A program made the position numbers and the translations under genes. A stretch of 64,000 nt of DNA from a virus. Lineage: Duplodnaviria > Caudoviricetes. Below are positions 46,992-56,337 of this stretch, piece by piece; within the stretch, counting starts at the first letter, position 1, and every line of letters starts with the position of its first letter. Location: the IMG/VR virus record IMGVR_UViG_3300029305_004606, positions 128,001 through 192,000 of that record. One strand, given 5' to 3'. The notes under the pieces were generated by a model. That model did not search any database. It saw nothing but the letters and a program-made list of their open reading frames with translations, and had not been told where the DNA came from.

Positions 46992-48636
46992 TATTATTAG
47001 TATGACTACTGATATTGATGAATTGAAAGCAGATATGGCTAATTGGTGTATGCTTCCGTATGAATTGAGAATGAGAAGTATTGATGATTGTCGTAGATTA
47101 TACAATGGAATGTCTGTTATTGATTTATATAATCATCTCAAAGATACTATTCTTAAACATAAAGATATCAATGATATTGATCCTGATAATCTTGTAAAAG
47201 AATCAGTTGCTACAGATTATGATAATTATGAGAATTTGTTAGCTCAGTCCAAAGAGTTACAGAAATCTCCTTATATTGTAATTCTTGATCCTGATATTAA
47301 AGATATTGATGAGTTAAATGAGAAGTATTATTCATATTATTTGCTCAATGATAACAATAAACAGTTATCGGATACTTATTCATGGAAGATTTGGGGAAGA
47401 AATATATATTCTATGTATATGACTCTTGCTGCAGAAATTCAATATAATGATGGCGAAGGCGAAGCAGATAAATCTAATCTGATTAAAGTAGACGAATCTA
47501 ATGATTTTCTTAAAATCGGAGAAGCTGTACATGCTGTAAATGATTTCTTTAATGAAGCATTGATGGCTAGAGATATTGTTACAATGTATAAATATAAAGA
47601 TAACCTTGTTTCTAGAGCAAATACAGTAACAGGTATGCTTGAATCTCTTGTTATTGATAAAGAAAAAATCTGCAAAGAAAGAAAGTTTGATACTAGTATT
47701 TTGCCTTCCTGTGTACCTTGGTTTGTTGCAAATGAAAATGCTACAATAGAAGAACCTATAGACACACACAAATTCTATTCAGTATTGAAATCAGTATTAA
47801 ATAAATCTGATAGTTCTGATTCTGAAAAAGAAATTTTAGGATTAGGATGGAATCCTAGTGTTCCTCTCAATACAGCTTCTATGGTTTATTCGAAACAACG
47901 ACAAGCTAATTTCTTTAATCATGTAGACATTATGGATCTTAAGAATTTTAAAGTTCCTGAAGGTTTAGATGTATACTGGAGAAATGATCAATTATATCCT
48001 GTACTATTTTTCTTTGGATATGATAAGAAACCTGATCATATTACACAAACTTTGCCTAACTATAACAAAGTAGGTGTAGCATTTAAGGAAAATATAGCAA
48101 GAGTTTATACATTCGATGGAGTTGATAATACTTTTAAAGGTTTTAAAGTTGAAGGACCTTATGATTATTATTATCTTGATATTGTTGTATTTTATATGGA
48201 CAAAAAAAGCTATTTGCAGCTGCTTAATAATGTAGCTAATATTAATAATGAGAAATATATGAAGATTAATTTTAATTCTATTTTCTCTATTTTATCAGAT
48301 ACTGTAAATAAATTATCTCCTGATAATATGAAGATTATCTATTCGAGATATATTAATATGCTGCTTAGAATTACTAATATCTGTAATATAGATAAAGTAC
48401 CTGAAATTAGACAATATGCTAAAATGAATGACAATCTGAATATCTATAAAGTTTATTCAGGATATAGTTTAAACTTTGATAGAGAAACAGCTGCCAATAT
48501 TTTTAGCAAACTTAAAGCTATTTCTGATAATCAGTTCTTAAGTTCTTCTATTACAGAAAGTATCGGTTATACATCTGAAGAATTGTTTAACAGATTAAAA
48601 GCAGTTCCTTGTATTATGCACATCGACGAAGAGTAA
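46978..48636 (+). CDS. Hypothetical late (probably virion) protein
   Basis: GAGGAGG RBS; coupled to the preceding gene; VKES, VDES and ITES motifs. Confidence 0.75.
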   Translation: MDKYNIISMTTDIDELKADMANWCMLPYELRMRSIDDCRRLYNGMSVIDLYNHLKDTILKHKDINDIDPDNLVKESVATDYDNYENLLAQSKELQKSPYIVILDPDIKDIDELNEKYYSYYLLNDNNKQLSDTYSWKIWGRNIYSMYMTLAAEIQYNDGEGEADKSNLIKVDESNDFLKIGEAVHAVNDFFNEALMARDIVTMYKYKDNLVSRANTVTGMLESLVIDKEKICKERKFDTSILPSCVPWFVANENATIEEPIDTHKFYSVLKSVLNKSDSSDSEKEILGLGWNPSVPLNTASMVYSKQRQANFFNHVDIMDLKNFKVPEGLDVYWRNDQLYPVLFFFGYDKKPDHITQTLPNYNKVGVAFKENIARVYTFDGVDNTFKGFKVEGPYDYYYLDIVVFYMDKKSYLQLLNNVANINNEKYMKINFNSIFSILSDTVNKLSPDNMKIIYSRYINMLLRITNICNIDKVPEIRQYAKMNDNLNIYKVYSGYSLNFDRETAANIFSKLKAISDNQFLSSSITESIGYTSEELFNRLKAVPCIMHIDEE

Positions 48637-48640
48637 ACTA

Positions 48641-48675
48641 TAATCCCAGAGTATTGTAAAAATACTCTGGGATTA
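48641..48675. terminator. Terminator hairpin
   Basis: TAATCCCAGAGTATT/AATACTCTGGGATTA. Confidence 0.75.
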
Positions 48676-48688
48676 ACTCTATTAATAA

Positions 48689-48708
48689 TCATATATTATA
48701 CTTATAAT
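48689..48708 (+). promoter_or_regulatory. Early-type promoter motif
   Basis: TCATATATTATACTTATAAT before the small-gene operon. Confidence 0.55.
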
Positions 48709-48736
48709 AAAATATAGTATAATAAGGAGTAAAAGT

Positions 48737-48973
48737 ATGTCTAAATCTAATAACCTTATAGGTTCGATGGAATTAAGATGTTTATCATGTATATGTGCTG
48801 GATGTATTATAGAAGATACATGTAAAGATAAACCATGTAATAAATCACCTAGAAGTGTATATGAATGCACAGATGTATCATTTCAATGTGATATATTAGA
48901 CAGGTTGAACGGTGCAGAATACGATGACAGAGATTTTGATATTGATTTGTACGGAAGGAGAAGATTAATATGA
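48737..48973 (+). CDS. Small Cys-rich hypothetical protein
   Basis: AAGGAG RBS; CLSCICAGC..C..C..C..C. Confidence 0.7.
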   Translation: MSKSNNLIGSMELRCLSCICAGCIIEDTCKDKPCNKSPRSVYECTDVSFQCDILDRLNGAEYDDRDFDIDLYGRRRLI

Positions 48974-49353
48974 GTGAAGTAAAAGAAAGAAAAATTGAAG
49001 CAGGTTTGTCTCAAGATGTAATTAATAAGTACTCTGAATTAGAAATTCAGCGAGGTATTAAAGTAGTTGAAAATGATGTATCTATATTTTGTATGGATTT
49101 TGGTGATGCAGTGAGGGCTTTAAAAGATGGAAAAAGAGTCGCAAGAAAAGGCTGGAATGGTAAAGGTATGTTTTTGTATTTTGTACCTGCTGGAAATTAT
49201 AGTCCGTGTACTGAAGTGGCTAAGCAGCTGGTAAATGAAGATGGACTGGTTCCTTATGCTCCGTATATAGCTATAAAGACAGCACAAGGTTCTGTTGTAC
49301 CTTGGTCAGCTTCTCACACTGATATTTTATCAGACGATTGGGAGATTGTATAA
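48970..49353 (+). CDS. tad2: DUF2829 / Tad2-like anti-defence nucleotide-signal sponge
   Basis: MDFGDAVRALKDGKRVARKGWNGKGMFLY and YIAIKTAQGSVVPWSASHTDILSDDW match the DUF2829 signature. Confidence 0.85.
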   Translation: MSEVKERKIEAGLSQDVINKYSELEIQRGIKVVENDVSIFCMDFGDAVRALKDGKRVARKGWNGKGMFLYFVPAGNYSPCTEVAKQLVNEDGLVPYAPYIAIKTAQGSVVPWSASHTDILSDDWEIV

Positions 49354-49676
49354 TGAAACTCGATAAACGTAAACCTCATACAAGTACTGAATTTGTATGT
49401 GAATTAACAAAAGACATTGATGGTATTACTTTACTTGATCATGATGATGAGATTTATCACTTTTTTCATCATTATTTGATGCTTGATGAATTTACTATTA
49501 ATCATATTAATGATGGTATACCTATAAGAGTTCCTGGATCAACAGTTGGAGGAGTTTGGGTAGATGATAATATGGTAATAACTAAGATTGTTCTTGGTAC
49601 TACTAAAATTATGAGATATCCAGATGATATTGACGAAAAAATGAAAAAATATATAGGAGTGAAGATTGAACTATGA
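49353..49676 (+). CDS. Hypothetical protein
   Basis: TAATG overlap with the previous stop; GGGAG RBS. Confidence 0.75.
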   Translation: MKLDKRKPHTSTEFVCELTKDIDGITLLDHDDEIYHFFHHYLMLDEFTINHINDGIPIRVPGSTVGGVWVDDNMVITKIVLGTTKIMRYPDDIDEKMKKYIGVKIEL

Positions 49677-50737
49677 GAATCTATAACATGCTTGGTCAAA
49701 AATTATTTAAAGACTTAGGAAATGGTTCTATTCATATGATAAGAATTGTAGGTATGAGAAAGCCATTCAAAATTACAGCCGCTACCCCTGATCCTACAGA
49801 AATTATTATATACGATTATAATGTTCAGCAAAAGAAAAAAGTAAGAGTTTCTGAATTATCAGAATATCATCCTCTTAAACCTGATGGAATACTTACAGTA
49901 TCAGCTGTTTGGGTTAAAGATGAAAGAGGAAAGATAACAAAAGATGTTATCATATCTGCTACAAAGTACTTAAATTTAGAATTAAAGATTTCTCAAATTC
50001 CTTTTGCTGCTTGTAGACAAAGTATCACTGATATATGGTATAATCTTTTTATCAATGACGAATCTCAGATGATGGTTGGACTTGCTGTAAATCAGAATAA
50101 CTGTCCTAGTAACTTTGATTACAGATACATGTTTGCTTGTGATAATATTGAATATTCTGATTTTATCAATTTCTATAGGACAGATACATTAGAAGATCTA
50201 TATCCAATGATGGATATTAACAAGTTTAATACAGTATTATCAGATCTTTATAAGAGACATGTAAAAGCTACTAAGAAACCTGAATTAGCTTTCCGTTCAG
50301 AAGATGGTGGTTGGTGTAAAGATCTAAAAACATTATTGTCTCAGAATAATTTCCAGTATGATATTAATGAAATGCTCGACATTACAGCAGTAAACTTTAC
50401 TATTGCTGATTTCTTAGAAGAAAAAGAATCTGTAGATGGTAAAGTTAAATATCCGGTAGCAAGAGAAGATTTAAAATACTGGTTATCTATGCAGTATAAA
50501 GAGAATATCTCTGAGGCAGCATTTGTTGAATATGATCATGATATTAATCTTGGTGATTATCAGAAGAACAGATATCTCTTACTGAGAGATAATACCAACA
50601 AATTATATCTTGTTGTATATACAATTGAAGGTCAGTTTTTTGAAGCAGATCTTGTTGAAAAATCTAAACAGATGGATTTCAGTACAAAATTCAAAATGGA
50701 TTTTTACAATAAGTACAACAAAGATAATAATAAATAG
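49673..50737 (+). CDS. Hypothetical protein
   Basis: 354-aa ORF coupled by an ATGA overlap. Confidence 0.85.
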   Translation: MRIYNMLGQKLFKDLGNGSIHMIRIVGMRKPFKITAATPDPTEIIIYDYNVQQKKKVRVSELSEYHPLKPDGILTVSAVWVKDERGKITKDVIISATKYLNLELKISQIPFAACRQSITDIWYNLFINDESQMMVGLAVNQNNCPSNFDYRYMFACDNIEYSDFINFYRTDTLEDLYPMMDINKFNTVLSDLYKRHVKATKKPELAFRSEDGGWCKDLKTLLSQNNFQYDINEMLDITAVNFTIADFLEEKESVDGKVKYPVAREDLKYWLSMQYKENISEAAFVEYDHDINLGDYQKNRYLLLRDNTNKLYLVVYTIEGQFFEADLVEKSKQMDFSTKFKMDFYNKYNKDNNK

Positions 50738-50761
50738 CCAGAATAGTAAAGCTAATTATGG

Positions 50762-50781
50762 TTATATAATATATTAATGAT
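50762..50781 (+). promoter_or_regulatory. Early-type promoter motif
   Basis: TTATATAATATATTAATGAT. Confidence 0.6.
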
Positions 50782-50964
50782 AATAACGAGGAAGAATCAC
50801 ATTCCGTAGCATCTTATTTTTATAGGTATATTCAATTTGTGTCACTTTGTAGTGGTATAAATACTCGGTCGAACATACTTACAGTCACAGTCACAACTAA
50901 GATGACTAATGAGAAATGATAGATATCTCCCGTTGTTAAATAAATTATTTAGGAGGAACCTAAA

Positions 50965-51699
50965 ATGAGCGATGTAAAGAAAAACAACGCAACCGAAACT
51001 GAAACCAGAACACCTTATTCTATCGAGATGAATCCTCTTCCGTTTGAAGAAGATTTCAGCGGTAAGATCATTACTTCCGTACAGCTTTGTAAGCTGACTA
51101 ACCAGCTCTATAGAGCAGGTTTTGCTGATTATGCTGGATGTACCTTTGAGGTAGTAAACGGAGTTCCTGTAATGAGCATGTACTTCAATCATACTCGTCC
51201 TACTGAGGATGGTGTATACGCTTGTGAGCGTGGCGATGGTAAGGCAGCTGGTAATACGATTCTGGATCGTTCTAGAAATCGTGATCGTCAGATGAGAGAA
51301 GGAGATCGTTATAAGATCACTGAAGATGGCAAGGACGTAATTGCAAAATTACTTCATCCTCGTTTCTACAACAATGGCAAGCCTCAGTGGGGCAACCTTG
51401 TAAGTGATATTACTGACAGATCAGCAGCAAACTTCTACAATCCTAACGCAGCCGTTCAGTTAACAAAGATTACCGGTATCGATCCTCGTCGTATCTGTGC
51501 TAAGCTTTGGGGCAGCGAAGATGATTCTGACTATGGTGTTGAAGTTAAGAGCAATCTTGCATTCAACAGCCCTGCAATGCCTGCAGGACAGCAGAGTCCT
51601 AACTATGTATTGTCTATCACCAAGGCGTTCTCTGAGAACATCAAGAAGACTTACGAGTCTCTTGGTATCGGTGCTATGGGCAGCAACATCATTCGTTAA
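50965..51699 (+). CDS. Hypothetical protein, probably highly expressed
   Basis: AGGAGG RBS; C-ending codon preference (AAC, ATC, TAC) and CGT, unlike neighbours; long leader and own terminator. Confidence 0.85.
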   Translation: MSDVKKNNATETETRTPYSIEMNPLPFEEDFSGKIITSVQLCKLTNQLYRAGFADYAGCTFEVVNGVPVMSMYFNHTRPTEDGVYACERGDGKAAGNTILDRSRNRDRQMREGDRYKITEDGKDVIAKLLHPRFYNNGKPQWGNLVSDITDRSAANFYNPNAAVQLTKITGIDPRRICAKLWGSEDDSDYGVEVKSNLAFNSPAMPAGQQSPNYVLSITKAFSENIKKTYESLGIGAMGSNIIR

Positions 51700-51745
51700 T
51701 AATTCGATCAGGAATTGTTGCGAGTGATACAAACATGAATGAGGC

Positions 51746-51785
51746 GAGCCTAGGGTTTAATTCCCTAGGCTCAAATTATTTTTTG
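51746..51785 (+). terminator. CCCTAG-family terminator
   Basis: GAGCCTAGGG/CCCTAGGCTC followed by a T-tract. Confidence 0.8.
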
Positions 51786-51839
51786 ATTTCTATATAACGA
51801 TAATATAAAAATCTTTAATATAAAGGAGAGTATATAAAA

Positions 51840-52280
51840 ATGGCTTTTGGAGATGCAAGTAGTTTAAGATACCATGTATTTAAGGATTATGATATTCCGT
51901 TTGATGAAAAAGGAACTACATGTGGGGTAGTAAGATTATCTCAATGGGTTAAAGAAGGTAGTGAACCTGATGAAAGTAAAGCAAAAGTAGAGATTAGAAA
52001 AATCTATACCAGTGGAGCAGAAGAAAAAGTTGGAAAAGGATACACATTCAGTACACCTGAAGGTCCTGGAGAACTCGCTGTTGGTTTGGTAAAAGCTGGT
52101 TTTGGTGAAACAAAAGAAATTCTTAAAGCTGTAAGAGAAAGAGATGATTTCTTAGAAGCAGCAAAAACTATCAATGATGATCCTGATGCAGGAAGTGATG
52201 GAGAAATGTTTGATATGAGAGATCTTCTTTTATCTGAAGATTCTGGAAATGATTATGAAGATGATGAGGATGATGAATAA
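51840..52280 (+). CDS. PC4/YdbC-like ssDNA-binding protein with an acidic tail
   Basis: VRLSQW...KVEIRK...EKVGKGYTF resembles YdbC LNLISW..KYDIR..EKMGKGITL. Confidence 0.65.
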   Translation: MAFGDASSLRYHVFKDYDIPFDEKGTTCGVVRLSQWVKEGSEPDESKAKVEIRKIYTSGAEEKVGKGYTFSTPEGPGELAVGLVKAGFGETKEILKAVRERDDFLEAAKTINDDPDAGSDGEMFDMRDLLLSEDSGNDYEDDEDDE

Positions 52281-53377
52281 TGGGAAGAGATGATGGAATA
52301 AAGATCAATCTTTCAAGTGTCATCTATGGAGCATATACAAAACATGATTTATTAAGAAATCTAGTATACCAAACATATGGTAATTCTAGTATTGCAGAAG
52401 CTACAAAGTTAAATATCTTTGTTGATCTCAATTCTATATTGCATGGTTTATATAGTGAGCATAACCGTATTATATTTGATAATATTACAGATATATCTGC
52501 TGGTATTATCAATTTATGTGCTCATTATAGACAGTTCTTCAGATATATAGGAGTTGATACTAGATTTTTCTTGATTAATTCATTGAATACTTGTGATATA
52601 AACTGTAAGTTTGTTAATGAGTATAATGCAGAATTTAAGAGAAAAACTCAGATTACTCAGACATTAGGTGTTATTGAGAACAATATGAAACTGTTGAAAA
52701 TATTATGTCCTTATCTACCTGCAATATATTATGTAGATTCAGAACAGAATTTTGAAGTAGCAGTAATTATTGCTCATATTATAGAGATGCTTAATGATCC
52801 AAATCCTAATCTGATAATTTCAAAAGATTTTTATCCAATGCAGCTGGTTGTTAAATATAGATGGACCTCTTATTTATCTCCTCATAAGAGTAGAAATCCT
52901 AATGATGGATTTATGGGCGATACATCTTGGATGTTACCTATCAATGAGAAAGCTAATTTTAAGGAAGAATTCTGGAAGAGAATTTCTATAATCAGAAATT
53001 GTAGCTACAATATACTACAAACTATGAGTCCTATAAATTATACTCTCTTTGCTAGTATGACCAAGATGCCTGAAAGATATTTGAAACCTCTTGTACAGAA
53101 CAACAAAGCAAGAGATTTAATAACCAGTATGGTTGGTTCAGAAGATGTAAAGATTCAGATGTCTCAAGTGTTAAATAATCCTAATTTAGCTGATTATCCT
53201 TTAGCAATGATAGATGCTAGATATAAAGCTGTAGATATTGATTATATGCTTCATATATACAGAAATAGTCCTGAAGCAAAACAATTACAATTTGTAGACT
53301 TGGAAGATATATCAGCTGTTAATAGAATAGCTGCAAAATATTATGCTAACAATCCGTTAGAATTACAAAAACTTTAA
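52280..53377 (+). CDS. PIN / 5'-3' exonuclease-fold protein (divergent)
   Basis: NIFVDLNSIL, FEVAVIIA and LIISKD fall in FEN/PIN order; the acidic set looks incomplete. Confidence 0.5.
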   Translation: MGRDDGIKINLSSVIYGAYTKHDLLRNLVYQTYGNSSIAEATKLNIFVDLNSILHGLYSEHNRIIFDNITDISAGIINLCAHYRQFFRYIGVDTRFFLINSLNTCDINCKFVNEYNAEFKRKTQITQTLGVIENNMKLLKILCPYLPAIYYVDSEQNFEVAVIIAHIIEMLNDPNPNLIISKDFYPMQLVVKYRWTSYLSPHKSRNPNDGFMGDTSWMLPINEKANFKEEFWKRISIIRNCSYNILQTMSPINYTLFASMTKMPERYLKPLVQNNKARDLITSMVGSEDVKIQMSQVLNNPNLADYPLAMIDARYKAVDIDYMLHIYRNSPEAKQLQFVDLEDISAVNRIAAKYYANNPLELQKL

Positions 53378-53381
53378 TATC

Positions 53382-53421
53382 CCCATAGAGGTTTAAACCT
53401 CTATGGGAAGTTTTATTTTTT
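53382..53421 (+). terminator. Intrinsic terminator
   Basis: CCCATAGAGGTT/AACCTCTATGGG followed by a T-tract. Confidence 0.8.
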
Positions 53422-53631
53422 ATATTTATTTCAATACAATATATAAATAGTAGATTATAGAATATATATGAACTATCTTTTAGTAATATATTTTTTATAT
53501 ATTTAAGATTTATTGCTTCATAATATTTATAATAAAGTAATAATTTTTGAATATATTTTTCTTTTTACTTTATATTAATAGTGTCACAGCTATAATATAT
53601 TATATAATAGAAAAATGGAGGTAAAAACAAA

Positions 53632-54508
53632 ATGAGTTATGTTGATGACATGATTGCTTCCAGAAGAGAAGCTATTAATGAAGAAGTTGAATTAACTCCT
53701 GAACTTGTATCTGAATTTAAAGATGCAATGTTAGAATGTACTATGAATGCACTATATACAGAAGAAGAACCTTTTATTATGGTTTCTGAAGGTGCAAATA
53801 TCGAAATGACCAAAGCTTTTAAAGATAGAATGGGAGAAATTATTTCTCATATGAATGCTGCAAGTAAAGCAAATGGTTCTAAAGATTGGGAAACTTCGAG
53901 AGAAGAATTAAAGAAGGCTCTCAAAGCTACAAATGATCTTGAAAATGATATCAAGAAATTGGATTTTACTGTAGGTTCAGCTTTCTTTGGATTATTTGTA
54001 GGTAGATTTATCAGCAAAGTTCAGATGTTTATTCCTAATTTTATGGTTAAACTTGCTGCAAAAGATCTTGCTAAAAAACAGGGTATTGATGGTAAGAAAA
54101 CAGGGTATTGATGGTAAGAAAACTGTATCTGGTATGTTAGGTTCTTTGAGTAAATTAGTTCATATGGATCCTGATAGCAGTGATTTTGAAAATGGTGTAC
54201 AGGATATGTTTTCAGATTATCTTGATGATATAAACAAAGTAATCAATACTGCAGGAGATCCGGAAGTTGTTAAAGCAAATAAGAGATTGCAGGTAGCTAA
54301 TACTTTCAAATCTATCGTTAGTTTAGTAAAAGAAATTAGAGGTCTTGTTGCAATCTTTGGTAGATATAGAAAAGGTGATACTAGCAAAGAAGCTCTTAAC
54401 CTTTACAGAAATAAGATGCTCATGGTAGTATCTGATCTTAAGAAAGTATTTTCTGCTATGATTAAGAATGTAGAGAAGAAAATTGAGATTGAGAAATCTG
54501 CTGAATAA
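53632..54508 (+). pseudogene. Internal-head-protein paralog frameshifted by a 22-nt tandem duplication
   Basis: ORFs 53632..54111 and 54053..54508 join into one 284-aa ORF if one copy of AAAACAGGGTATTGATGGTAAG is removed. Confidence 0.85.
54075..54118 (+). repeat. Perfect 22-nt tandem duplication
   Basis: AAAACAGGGTATTGATGGTAAG x2, followed by AAAAC. Confidence 0.95.
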
Positions 54509-54520
54509 TATGTAATTTTG

Positions 54521-54560
54521 ATCCCTAGGCTAGAAAATAGCCTAGGGATATTTATTTTTA
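54521..54560 (+). terminator. CCCTAG-family terminator
   Basis: ATCCCTAGGCTA/TAGCCTAGGGAT followed by a T-tract. Confidence 0.8.
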
Positions 54561-54622
54561 CCTTAATTAATAATATAAATATATAATCTATAGATGATAT
54601 TATAAATCTATTTAATATGAAT

Positions 54623-54634
54623 AACAATAGTATA
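54623..54634 (+). promoter_or_regulatory. Late-type promoter AACA-N6-TA
   Basis: AACAatagtaTAaa. Confidence 0.6.
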
Positions 54635-54674
54635 AAAATACAAATATTATTTTTTTAGAAAGGAAATAATTATT

Positions 54675-55328
54675 ATGGTTGTAAATGAATATGTTGATTT
54701 ATTGATTGAATGTAAAAAAGACGAATTATTAAATGAAGCTTCAAATTCTGAAATTATCAAAGTATATAAAGATTATCATAAAAATATCAAAAAATATACA
54801 AAGTCTGCAAAAAATAATAAAAAATCAAAATTGTATAAAGCAGCTATTGATGATTTAGAAAAAGCTTTAGATGAAGTTGAAAAGATGGAAAAAGATATTA
54901 AAAATATGGACGCTACAACATTTGGAACTGTGACTAGCATTCTTATGAAGTTTTCAGGATTAATTTTCTTTAATATTGCATTAGAAGGATATAGAATGTT
55001 TATAATATCAGGTATGCTTTATCCAAGCGTTAGAATTACAGATATTCCAAATTTATTAAGAGCTTATGTATCAACAGTAGCAACACATGGAGGAATATTA
55101 GTAGATGGAATTTCAAGAGTTATTCCTACTCTTTTGAATACTGGTATAATTTTGTTAAAAAGTATTAAAATTCTCACTGATGCTAACGAGCAAATTAATA
55201 ATGGGGAATCTTTAACTAATTCTATGAACCAGTATAGAACAATGATTTTAAATTCTTGCAAAAAGTCAAAAGAGTTTATCAATAAAGAAATCGATGCTAT
55301 AAAAGAAATTATGTCTGCTGAAAAATAA
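54675..55328 (+). CDS. Putative internal head protein, paralog of 39745 and 53632
   Basis: LLNEASNSEIIKVYK, L.KAL.....ME.DIK..D and N.YR..IL motifs are shared with the paralogs. Confidence 0.75.
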   Translation: MVVNEYVDLLIECKKDELLNEASNSEIIKVYKDYHKNIKKYTKSAKNNKKSKLYKAAIDDLEKALDEVEKMEKDIKNMDATTFGTVTSILMKFSGLIFFNIALEGYRMFIISGMLYPSVRITDIPNLLRAYVSTVATHGGILVDGISRVIPTLLNTGIILLKSIKILTDANEQINNGESLTNSMNQYRTMILNSCKKSKEFINKEIDAIKEIMSAEK

Positions 55329-55407
55329 AATGATTTATATTTATGACATAATTACTTCAAGAAGAAAATCAAGATTGAAAAATATACTGAATAATATTAT
55401 TAATTTC

Positions 55408-55446
55408 TCCCTAGGCTCTTATCAAGCCTAGGGATATTTATTTTTA
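55408..55446 (+). terminator. CCCTAG-family terminator
   Basis: TCCCTAGGCT/AGCCTAGGGA followed by a T-tract. Confidence 0.8.
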
Positions 55447-55539
55447 CTACCTATATAACTTTTCTATAATGAGATTATTTACATTATATTATTTATTATC
55501 TATTAAATTAAAATCTAAAAGAAAAGAGGAAATGAAACT

Positions 55540-56334
55540 ATGGCAATCGGTGGAAACTATGAAAACAATTACGGTAACTCAAATGGTTACCAGTCCAACG
55601 GCTCTCAGAATTCTAACAAGGCTTATGAAGCTACATATTATTCTCGTTTGAGATTTAAGAATAAGAATGATATGCTTACTATCAACTATCGTTCCGGTCT
55701 TATGATTCTTGATTTGGGTTCAGTTGGTTCTGAAGGATTTAAGTTCAATTCTGCAATTCAGATTTACTTATCTCCTACAAAAGCTCATTTACTTGTTGAT
55801 CAGATGAATGCTTTCTTAAAGTATAGAGCCGGAGATGATATTGATCCTGCAAGAGGATTTGGTGTAAATACCGGTATGGGTGAAAAAGTATCTTTCATTG
55901 CATTTTCTACAGATGCAGATAAGATTATCTATATCAACATTGGTAAGTTTGACGGTAATGGTGTAATTACAGAGTCTTACAGATTTGCTCTTAATCATGA
56001 ATACAACTATGCTCTTGAGTGGTCTGATGTAAACGCTAACAAACTTTCAAGAGTATTTGATGAAGAAGTAGAAATTACAATGCTCAAGAATGCTATTGAA
56101 GACTTCTCTAGAACTTCTAATGGTGCAGTTGGATATGCTGTAGCAGATATGGCTCGTTGGGATACTCACAGATTGAACAGAAGAATTGATCAGATTTTTG
56201 ATAAGCTTGGAATTGAGCGTCAGTCTTACAATGGAAATGGTGGTAACAGAGGTTCTAACAACTTCCTGGACAATGCTTCTTCATCTTCAAGAAGTACAAG
56301 TTTGGAAGAAATGGAAGACTTATTGGAAGGTTAA
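55540..56334 (+). CDS. Hypothetical protein, possible ssDNA-binding protein
   Basis: G/N/S-rich termini and an acidic LEEMEDLLEG tail; function speculative. Confidence 0.75.
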   Translation: MAIGGNYENNYGNSNGYQSNGSQNSNKAYEATYYSRLRFKNKNDMLTINYRSGLMILDLGSVGSEGFKFNSAIQIYLSPTKAHLLVDQMNAFLKYRAGDDIDPARGFGVNTGMGEKVSFIAFSTDADKIIYINIGKFDGNGVITESYRFALNHEYNYALEWSDVNANKLSRVFDEEVEITMLKNAIEDFSRTSNGAVGYAVADMARWDTHRLNRRIDQIFDKLGIERQSYNGNGGNRGSNNFLDNASSSSRSTSLEEMEDLLEG

Positions 56335-56337
56335 GCT

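Noticed and set aside
53410-53625. Extremely AT-rich spacer as a replication origin
   Set aside because: No iterons or DnaA-box-like repeats; a similar AT-rich spacer also precedes the neighbouring cassette gene.
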